In this document: positions 56,690 to 64,000 of the stretch, in pieces | Position numbering within the stretch: the stretch's first letter is position 1 | Layout of the letters: the number at the start of each line of letters is the position of its first letter | Assembly: GCA_963734495.1 (NCBI GenBank) | Contig: CAVTHK010000011.1 | Coordinates: 1-64,000 of the forward strand | Length of the DNA: 64,000 bases | Direction: 5' to 3' | Origin: an uncultured Spirochaetota bacterium | GTDB lineage: Bacteria; Spirochaetota; Spirochaetia; SZUA-6; CAVTHK01 | Program-made: the position numbers and the translations under genes | Notes under the pieces: generated by a model | Told to the model about the DNA's origin: nothing | Database searches by the model: none | Seen by the model: only the letters and a program-made list of their open reading frames with translations

Positions 56690-58663
56690 CTACCTCAGCT
56701 TCCACACCAGGAGCACGAGCACCGTCGCCGCTATGTAGAGGATGTAGACCTGGATCGTCGCCTGCTGGAGCGGGCGCAGGCGTGAGGCGGCCCAGGCCAC
56801 TGCGGCGAACAGGGGCGAAAAGAGCTTGTGAAGGAAGGGATCCTTCGGCTCGGTGTGCAGGCCGCTTGCGCCGGGAAACGGCCCCTCGGGCCGCTTGATC
56901 CGGGGACCGCCGCCGAGAAGAGGGCGGAACGCGTCGGTAATGGCCTGCGCGAACGAGGCGGCGGTGTACTGCATGCGCGGCGTCGGAGCGAGGTAGCCGC
57001 AGTCCCAGGTGGGGCCGCGGCGCACTTCTTTGCCGGCCAGCGCCGCCCGGCGCACGAGGGCGAAGACGGCGATGAGGGCGAGCAGAACCGCGCCCGCGAT
57101 CGAGACGCCGGCGAGCGGCCGCGTCAGGTCTGCCCACGGCGCGGCCGGGGCCGGGGCGACCGGGCCGACGACGCCCAGCAGCAGCTCGAGCGGCGCCCTC
57201 AGGGCCCGGACCACGATCGGCGCGGCCAGGCCTACGCCGGCGCATGCCAGGGCCAGCAGCACCATGGGCAGCAGCATCGTCCACGGCGCCTCGCCTGCCG
57301 CGCGGATCTCCGGCTCGCGCGGCTCCCCGAGGAAGACGATGCCGAACGCCTTGGCGAAGCAGGCGGCCGCGAGGCCGCCTATCAGCGCGAGCGCGGCGAT
57401 CACGGCGAGGCCGGCGGCGGCGATCGCGGGCACGAGCGCGCCGACCGGCACGACGCCGCGGAACGCCGCGAGGGCGATGAGCAGCTCGCTCGCAAACCCG
57501 TTCAGCGGCGGCAGCCCGGCGATCGCGGCCGCGCCCACCAGGAACGTCGCGCCGGTGACCGGCATGACCTTGAGCAGGCCTCCGAGGCGGTCGAGCTCGC
57601 GCGTACCGGTGGCCGCGTCGACGGAGCCGGCGCCGAGGAACAGCAGGCTCTTGAACAGCGCGTGGTTCAGCACGTGCAGCAGCGCGCCGCAGAACCCGAA
57701 CGCGGCCAGCGCCGGCAGCCGGTAGCTCAGGCCGAGCAGCCCGAGCCCGATGCCGAGCGCGATGATCCCCATGTTCTCCACGCTGTGGTAGGCGAGCAGC
57801 CTCTTGAGGTCGTGCTGCGCCAGCGCGTAGACCACGCCGAGGATCCCCGACACCGCACCGATCGCCAGCAGCGCCCAGCCCCACCAGGGCTGCACACCGC
57901 CTAACAGCGTGACGGTGCGCAGGATCCCGTAGAGGCCGGTCTTGATCATCACGCCGCTCATCACCGCGGACACGGGCGACGGCGCGGCGGGGTGCGCCTC
58001 CGGGAGCCACACGTGCGCCGGCACGAAGCCGGCCTTGGTCCCGAAGCCGGCGAGCGCCAGCGCGAAGAGCACGCCGGCGGGCGCGCCGTCCGCGGCCGCG
58101 AGGCCGCCGTGCCCGCGGTCGAGCAGCAGGAAGTACGCGAGCAGGAACGCCGTGCCGATGTGGGTCGCCACGAGGTAGGTCCAGCCGGCGCGGAGCGTGC
58201 CTTCATCCTCGCCGTGGGTCATGACCAGGAAGAACGAGGCGAGCGACATCACTTCCCACGCGATGAGGAAGAGCAGCCCGTTCGCCGCTGCGAGCACGAG
58301 GAGCATGGCCGCGCCCAGCGCGTCGAACCAGAACCAGCTGAAACGGCCGCGGCGCACGTAGGCCGGCGTGTAGAAAGCCGCGAGGGCCGTCACGAGGGAA
58401 ACGGGAATGATAAAGAAGGCTGCCAGGCCGTCGATCGACAGCGCGAGCTCGGCGCCGGGCAGCTCCCACGGCAGGGAGAGCGTCGCGGGCGGGCCCCCCG
58501 CGAGGCCCAGCGCGCCCGCGGCCGCGCCCAGCAGCCCGCCGGCCACGGCCCCGCCCGCGCCCACGGCGGCCGAGAGCGCAGGCCTGCGGCGAAGCAGCGC
58601 CGAGAGCGCGCCGCCGCACGCGAACGCGCCGAGCGCGGCGACGAGAAGCACGATGGCTGTCAT
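56690..58663 (-). CDS. HyfB/HycC-like proton-translocating membrane subunit
   Basis: WEVMSLAS, KAGFVPAHVWLPEAHPAAPSPVSA, KRLLAYHSVEN, PPLNGFASE, TWDCGY. Confidence 0.92.
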   Translation of the reverse strand: MTAIVLLVAALGAFACGGALSALLRRRPALSAAVGAGGAVAGGLLGAAAGALGLAGGPPATLSLPWELPGAELALSIDGLAAFFIIPVSLVTALAAFYTPAYVRRGRFSWFWFDALGAAMLLVLAAANGLLFLIAWEVMSLASFFLVMTHGEDEGTLRAGWTYLVATHIGTAFLLAYFLLLDRGHGGLAAADGAPAGVLFALALAGFGTKAGFVPAHVWLPEAHPAAPSPVSAVMSGVMIKTGLYGILRTVTLLGGVQPWWGWALLAIGAVSGILGVVYALAQHDLKRLLAYHSVENMGIIALGIGLGLLGLSYRLPALAAFGFCGALLHVLNHALFKSLLFLGAGSVDAATGTRELDRLGGLLKVMPVTGATFLVGAAAIAGLPPLNGFASELLIALAAFRGVVPVGALVPAIAAAGLAVIAALALIGGLAAACFAKAFGIVFLGEPREPEIRAAGEAPWTMLLPMVLLALACAGVGLAAPIVVRALRAPLELLLGVVGPVAPAPAAPWADLTRPLAGVSIAGAVLLALIAVFALVRRAALAGKEVRRGPTWDCGYLAPTPRMQYTAASFAQAITDAFRPLLGGGPRIKRPEGPFPGASGLHTEPKDPFLHKLFSPLFAAVAWAASRLRPLQQATIQVYILYIAATVLVLLVWKLR

Positions 58664-58778
58664 GCCTGCCGGCAACCTCGAATCGCGGCCCCTTCAGGCC
58701 GGACGACGCGGATTGTTCCACGGCGGGCCGCCGCGTGTAAATGGGGGACCGGCGCGCTCGCGGGCCGTTGGCCCAAAC

Positions 58779-58807
58779 TTGACATCTGCATAGGCGGCCC
58801 ATACTGT
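58779..58807 (+). promoter_or_regulatory. Sigma70 promoter of the ABC operon
   Basis: TTGACA-N17-TACTGT. Confidence 0.65.
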
Positions 58808-58909
58808 GGCCGGTGACTGAGCATTCGACGTGTCGGCGCCGACCACCGGGGGGCTCATCCGAGGCTCCACGCGTGATTGGTCGGCACCGAGCAGGAGCAT
58901 CGACGTCCG

Positions 58910-59860
58910 ATGGGTGACGGCAGCGGAGTATCGGCCCTGGCCAGGTGGCGCACCCGCGTAGTCAAGCAGGGACTGCGGAACTGGGACCTCTACCTGCTCG
59001 TGCTGCCTCCTCTCCTCTATTTCGTCGTTTTCAAGTACATCCCGATGTACGGAGCCCAGATAGCGTTCCGCAAGTTCATGCCCACGCTGGGAATCTGGCG
59101 CAGCCCGTGGGTCGGGTGGGACCAGTTCGCCGCGTTCTTCGCCTCTTACAAGTTCGCGACGATCATGGGCAACACGCTCGTTCTGAGCGCGTACAAGCTT
59201 CTCGCGGGGTTTCCCGTGCCGATCATCCTCGCGATCGCACTGCATTACTGCGCTCAGACCCGGATCAAGAAGACGGTCCAGATGGTCACCTACGCTCCCC
59301 ATTTCATCTCGGTCGTCGTTCTGGCCGGGATCATCGTGCAGGTGCTCTCGCCGCGCGTGGGGGTGGTGAACAGGATCATCGTGCTCCTGGGCGGCAAGGC
59401 GACGCTGTTCATGGGCGAGCCGGCGTACTTCAAGTCGATCTATGTCTGGTCGGACGTCTGGCAGGAGATGGGGTGGGGCTCGATCATCTTCCTTGCCGCG
59501 CTGGCGGGGATCAACCCGGAGCTTCACGAGGCGGCGATCGCGGACGGGGCCAGCAAGATCCAGCGGATCGTTCACATCGACTTTCCCGGCATCATGCCGA
59601 CCGCGGTGATCCTCCTTATCCTCAACGTCGGACGCATCATGTTCATCGGGTTCGAAAAAGTGCTGCTGCTGCAGAACCCTCTGAACCTGGCGGCCTCGGA
59701 GATCATCGATACCTACGTGTACAAGATCGGGCTCGCCTCCGCGGTGCCCAACTTCTCGTACTCGACCGCCATAGGGCTCTTCTCGTCGGCGATAGGTTTC
59801 GTGCTGCTGCTGGCGGTCAATCGAATCGCCAGGGCATTCGGCGAGACGAGCCTATGGTAG
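58910..59860 (+). CDS. Carbohydrate ABC transporter permease (LplB-like)
   Basis: YIPMYG, PHFISVV, EAAIADGASK, IIDTYVY. Confidence 0.93.
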   Translation: MGDGSGVSALARWRTRVVKQGLRNWDLYLLVLPPLLYFVVFKYIPMYGAQIAFRKFMPTLGIWRSPWVGWDQFAAFFASYKFATIMGNTLVLSAYKLLAGFPVPIILAIALHYCAQTRIKKTVQMVTYAPHFISVVVLAGIIVQVLSPRVGVVNRIIVLLGGKATLFMGEPAYFKSIYVWSDVWQEMGWGSIIFLAALAGINPELHEAAIADGASKIQRIVHIDFPGIMPTAVILLILNVGRIMFIGFEKVLLLQNPLNLAASEIIDTYVYKIGLASAVPNFSYSTAIGLFSSAIGFVLLLAVNRIARAFGETSLW

Positions 59861-60789
59861 GTGGCAGGCCCCACGGGGACACCGCGCGGACGGCGCGGGG
59901 ACGACGGGTTCGCGAGTCGCGGCAGGACCGGATCTTTAACGCCGTCAACTACGCGTTCCTGTCGCTGTGCTTCCTCGCGGTTCTCTATCCGCTGGTGTTC
60001 GTGGTCAGCAGCTCGTTCAGCTCGCCCGAGGCCGTGATCTCGGGCCGGGTCTGGCTGTGGCCGGTCAATCCCAACGTCGAGGGGTACAAGCTGGTCTTCC
60101 AGAGCAGCGAGATCTGGCTCGGCTACGGGAACACCCTCTTCTACACGGTCGTCGGGACATTCATCAACGTGCTGCTCACGATCATGATCGCCTATCCGCT
60201 CGCCCGCAGGGACTTCTACGGCAGGAACACTCTCATGTTCCTGGTGACCTTCACCATGATGTTCTCGGGCGGCATCATCCCGACCTTTCTTCTCGTTCGT
60301 GCGGTCGGCATCCTGAACACCAGGTGGGCCATGATCCTCCCGAACGCGGTCGCCGCATGGAACGTGATCATCACGCGCACCTACTTCGAGGCGACGATTC
60401 CGGGCGAGCTGCTCGAGGCTTCGCAGCTCGACGGCTGCAGCAACACGCGATTCATCCTCGCGGTCGTGATTCCGCTGTCGGGGCCGATCGTCGCGGTGAT
60501 CACGCTGTTCTACGCCGTGATGCACTGGAACGCCTTTTTCAGCGCGTTGATCTACCTGAGGGACTCCAGGCTCTACCCCCTGCAGATCATCCTGCGCGCG
60601 ATCCTCCTCGAGAACCAGATCGACTACCAGATAGCCACGAATCTGGAGCAGGAGGAATCCCGCCAGATGATCGCCCAGCTGCTCAAGTTCGCGCTGATCG
60701 TCGTGGCCAGTGCTCCCATGCTGCTGATCTACCCTTTCGTGCAGAAGTACTTCGTCCGCGGGGTTCTGATCGGAGCGCTCAAGGGGTAG
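59854..60789 (+). CDS. Carbohydrate ABC transporter permease (LplC-like)
   Basis: MFSGGIIP, ELLEASQLDG, HWNAFF, YPFVQKYFVRG. Confidence 0.93.
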   Translation: MVGGRPHGDTARTARGRRVRESRQDRIFNAVNYAFLSLCFLAVLYPLVFVVSSSFSSPEAVISGRVWLWPVNPNVEGYKLVFQSSEIWLGYGNTLFYTVVGTFINVLLTIMIAYPLARRDFYGRNTLMFLVTFTMMFSGGIIPTFLLVRAVGILNTRWAMILPNAVAAWNVIITRTYFEATIPGELLEASQLDGCSNTRFILAVVIPLSGPIVAVITLFYAVMHWNAFFSALIYLRDSRLYPLQIILRAILLENQIDYQIATNLEQEESRQMIAQLLKFALIVVASAPMLLIYPFVQKYFVRGVLIGALKG

Positions 60790-60893
60790 ACGTCGGCCGG
60801 GGAAAGGAGGTTGCCGCGCAAGAGGCGCATGACAGGACGAGAGAGACGGAGAGCTCCGGCGCGTCGCGCCGGCATCGCACAAGGAGGAGAGGG

Positions 60894-62555
60894 ATGACCA
60901 AGCACTGTTCGATTCGCGTGGCCATGGCGGTTCTGCTGCTCATCGTGCTCGGGGCGGCGGGGCTCTCTGCCGCGCCCCAGAAAGAAGCGGCGGCGGCCGG
61001 CCCTGCGGTGACCCCGCCCGGCCAGTACCCGATCGTGGCCGACAAGGTGACGATCAAGATCCTGGCGAGCCTGCACCCGTACACGGGGGACATGACCAAG
61101 CTCTGGTTCACCAAGTTCTACGAGGACAAGACGAACGTCCACGTCGAATGGGAACAGATTCCGGATGAGCAGGCCCCCGAAAAGATCAATGTCCTGATCG
61201 CCGCCAAGGAGCTCCCCGAGGCCTTCCTGCACGGCGACTTCAACTTCAGCCGCTCACAGCTCATGGTCAACGGCGGAGCAGGCATCTTTATCCGGCTGAA
61301 CGATCTCATCGACAAGAACACCACGTACCTCAAGAAGATCTTCGCCGATCGGCCCTACGTCCGCTCCGCGATGACCGCGCCGGACGGCAACATCTACTCG
61401 TTCCCGAAGATCGGCGAGTGCTACCACTGCGTGCACGAGGTGCGGGCGTGGATCAACAAGCCCTGGCTCGACAAGCTGGGCCTGCAGGTGCCCCAGACCA
61501 CGGACGATCTGTACAAGGTGCTCAAGGCCTTCAAGACCAGGGATCCCAACGGCAACGGCAAGGCCGACGAGATACCGATGGCGGGCGCGATCAGCCGGGG
61601 CGGCTACAACAACGAGATCGACAAGTGGTTGATGAACGCGTTTGTCTACAGCTACTTCACGGACACCGGCGAGCTGTCCTTTGTGCACGTCGAAAACAAG
61701 AAAGTCTTCTTTGTGGCCAGCACGCCGCAGTGGCGCGAAGGACTGCGCTACATGCGGATGCTCTATCGCGAAGGCCTCATCGACCCCGAGAGCTTTACCC
61801 AGGCCAGGGACCCGGGACTCAAGCAGAAGTCGGAGAACCCCCAGGTCCAGATTCTCGGGTTCGTTCCGTCGGGCAGCATCAGCGCGTTCAACATCTATTA
61901 CGGCGCGAGCGGACGCTACAAGGACTGGGTCCTGGTGCCGCCGCTGAAAGGTCCCGCCGGCTACCAGGTCGCCTACACCGGGCCGTACCGTATTCTTCCC
62001 GGTCTGGAGGTGACTTCGGCGGCCAAGCGGCCTGACGTCATCACCCGCTGGGCCGACTGGTTCTACACCGAGGAGGGCACCCTCACCGCGAACATGGGCC
62101 AGGAAGGGGTCGGATGGCGCCGCGGCAAGCCCGGCGAGCTCGGGGCCAACGACAAACAGGCGGTCTACGTGCGCCTCACGCCTTACGGGCGCAAGGACGA
62201 TTACGCCTGGGGCTCGACCGCGCTCAACGACTTCAGGGTCGAGCTCAGTCTCGGACAGGCGACGCTGCGGGAGTTCGCGCAGGAGCCCATCCTCTACAAG
62301 GCGGCCAACCTCTACGACCAGTACAGGCCCAAGGAGTTCCTTCCGAACCTGTGGTTCTCCGAAAAGGAGTCCGCCGAAATGGCCGAGCTGGCGCTCACGA
62401 TCAGGGATTTCGTCGTGGCTTCCGATGCCCAGTTCATCACCGACAAGAAGAACCTGGACGGAGCCGACTGGGACAACTACCTCAAGGAGCTCGAACGGCT
62501 CAACGTCAAGCGGTACGTGGAGATGACGCAGAAGTCGTACGACTCGGTCAAGTGA
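60894..62555 (+). CDS. Carbohydrate ABC transporter solute-binding protein
   Basis: Signal peptide; TNVHVEW, DGNIYSFP, WLDKLGLQVPQT, DPNGNGKADEIP. Confidence 0.92.
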   Translation: MTKHCSIRVAMAVLLLIVLGAAGLSAAPQKEAAAAGPAVTPPGQYPIVADKVTIKILASLHPYTGDMTKLWFTKFYEDKTNVHVEWEQIPDEQAPEKINVLIAAKELPEAFLHGDFNFSRSQLMVNGGAGIFIRLNDLIDKNTTYLKKIFADRPYVRSAMTAPDGNIYSFPKIGECYHCVHEVRAWINKPWLDKLGLQVPQTTDDLYKVLKAFKTRDPNGNGKADEIPMAGAISRGGYNNEIDKWLMNAFVYSYFTDTGELSFVHVENKKVFFVASTPQWREGLRYMRMLYREGLIDPESFTQARDPGLKQKSENPQVQILGFVPSGSISAFNIYYGASGRYKDWVLVPPLKGPAGYQVAYTGPYRILPGLEVTSAAKRPDVITRWADWFYTEEGTLTANMGQEGVGWRRGKPGELGANDKQAVYVRLTPYGRKDDYAWGSTALNDFRVELSLGQATLREFAQEPILYKAANLYDQYRPKEFLPNLWFSEKESAEMAELALTIRDFVVASDAQFITDKKNLDGADWDNYLKELERLNVKRYVEMTQKSYDSVK

Positions 62556-62579
62556 CGGAGCAGGCCGTGTTTGTTCTGT

Positions 62580-62620
62580 CCCGGGCTCCCGGCCCGCGCC
62601 GGGGCCCGGGCTTTGCTTTC
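62580..62620 (+). terminator. GC-rich hairpin with T-rich tail after the SBP gene
   Basis: CCCGGGC-T-CCCGGC loop CCGC GCCGGG-GCCCGGG, then CTTTGCTTT. Confidence 0.6.
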
Positions 62621-62639
62621 GCGAAAGGATTAATTGCCC

Positions 62640-63875
62640 ATGGATCTGCACGAATACTCCCGCGATTTCGTGAGCAGGTGCGTCGCCGACCAGGACGCCT
62701 ACGGCGTGCTGAGCGCCCTCTGCGAGCAGGTCGGCTCGAGGCTGTCAGCGAGCGACGAGGAGCGGCGAGCCACGGAAATGGTGATCTCGCAGCTCTCGCG
62801 GCACGGGTGCGAGACTGAGATCTCGGAGTTCTCCTATCCCGGCTGGAGACCCGGCAGGAGCACCGTGCTCGTTCATGAGCGCGGCTCTGTGAGAGAGCTC
62901 GCGAGCCATCCTCTCGGTTGGTGTCCGGGCACATCGGTGAGCGCGCCTGTGGTCGACGCCGGACCCGGAATGAAAGAAGATTTCCAGAGCGACGCGATCC
63001 GCGGAAAGATCGTGCTCGTTTCCGACGAGACCAGGCCCGGACAGAAGGAGCTGCACAGATCGGTCAAGTACGGGCTCGCGGTCGAGGCGGGAGCGGCGGG
63101 GTTCGTCTTTTACGGCAGGAGGCCGGGAGGGCTCGTCGCGATGGGCGCGGCCAACCTCGATCCCAAGACAGGCGCCATTGCGGGCGTCGGGATCTCGTAC
63201 GAGGACGCCATGTACCTCAAGAGAAAGGGCGAGGCTGTGACGCTGGAGATCGCCTCCACGAGCACCGCCGAGCCTGTCACCTCCCGCAACGGCATCGGGC
63301 TGAAGAGGGGAAAGGCCGCCGAGGAGATCATCGTCTGCGGGCACATCGACTCCTGGTTCTCCGAAGGCGCCGTGGACAACGGGTCCGGCATCGCAATGAT
63401 CGTGGAGCTTGCCAGACTGACCCGGGCCTACAAGCTCGCGAGAAGCGTCCGGTTCGTCACATTCGGTTCCGAGGAGCTCGGGCTGCACGGCTCCAAGGCG
63501 TATACGAGGGCGCATGAGGATCTCTCGAACGTCGTCTGCGTCCTCAACCTCGACTGTTCCGCGGTGCGGGAGGGGACCCTCACGGTCACCACGAACGAGA
63601 ACGACCGGTTCCGGGGCTTCATGACTGAGATGAAGAAGCAGCTTCACACGGACTTCTACCTCTACGACGAGATCACGCGGTACTCCGATCACTACTCGTT
63701 CAGACAGAAGGGCGTCCCGTGCGCCGCCCTCTTGTCCAGGAGCCCGGCTTACGCTTTCGCGCACACCGACTATGACAGCCTCGACAAGGTTTCGCCCGAG
63801 TCCTTTACCGTCCCCCTCCTCGTCGCGGGGGTCACTCTGATCGAATGCGCGATGCGCGACGTCTCTTTCCGCTGA
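62640..63875 (+). CDS. M28 family peptidase with PA domain
   Basis: GHIDSW, GAVDNGSG, SEELGLHGS, LNLD, SDH, HTDYD. Confidence 0.9.
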   Translation: MDLHEYSRDFVSRCVADQDAYGVLSALCEQVGSRLSASDEERRATEMVISQLSRHGCETEISEFSYPGWRPGRSTVLVHERGSVRELASHPLGWCPGTSVSAPVVDAGPGMKEDFQSDAIRGKIVLVSDETRPGQKELHRSVKYGLAVEAGAAGFVFYGRRPGGLVAMGAANLDPKTGAIAGVGISYEDAMYLKRKGEAVTLEIASTSTAEPVTSRNGIGLKRGKAAEEIIVCGHIDSWFSEGAVDNGSGIAMIVELARLTRAYKLARSVRFVTFGSEELGLHGSKAYTRAHEDLSNVVCVLNLDCSAVREGTLTVTTNENDRFRGFMTEMKKQLHTDFYLYDEITRYSDHYSFRQKGVPCAALLSRSPAYAFAHTDYDSLDKVSPESFTVPLLVAGVTLIECAMRDVSFR

Positions 63876-63917
63876 GAGCCCGGCATCGGACCGTTCGCAG
63901 AATCACTGGAGGCAGCC

Positions 63918-64000
63918 GTGAAGATCACAGGCATTTCGACGATGGCAATCAGTCTCCGCCGGCCCCGCTGGTATTCCCCCGAGAGGGCGGGAACAAAGCG
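63918..64000 (+). CDS. 5' end of a gene, possibly enolase superfamily (partial)
   Basis: GGAGG then GTG KITGISTMAISL; only 27 codons visible. Confidence 0.45.
   Translation, partial: MKITGISTMAISLRRPRWYSPERAGTK

Noticed and set aside
58808..58900. ZMP/ZTP riboswitch (GTGACTG...CCACCGGGG resemblance)
   Set aside because: The 3' GCC...CGCCTGGGC pseudoknot element is missing and the downstream genes are unrelated to purine/folate metabolism.

Overview
High-GC bacterial chromosomal window, plausibly from a Spirochaetota member (inferred from the style of its secreted proteins; not proven). The left end (1-3437) is a complete integron platform: a long-form IntI, an attI and two divergent cassettes with matched 115-bp attC sites. 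Cassette 1 holds a self-promoted PIN/RHH toxin-antitoxin pair and cassette 2 a probable HEPN-domain gene; the array runs off the window edge. The rest is mostly carbohydrate/acid catabolism: GH151-like and GH140/DUF4038-like glycosidases, two large unclassified glycoside-hydrolase-like proteins, sugar isomerases, an ApnO-like oxidoisomerase with SIS and RraA partners, and a sugar ABC transporter. It also carries a 10-kb pair of giant Ig-repeat surface proteins, two translationally coupled cNMP-GGDEF genes with complementary active-site defects, and a six-gene Ehr (hydrogenase-4-like, no NiFe cysteines) operon in which two gene junctions are tandemly duplicated. Several genes are broken by single-base indels, probably sequencing or assembly errors. 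No rRNA, tRNA, CRISPR array or IS element was recognised.
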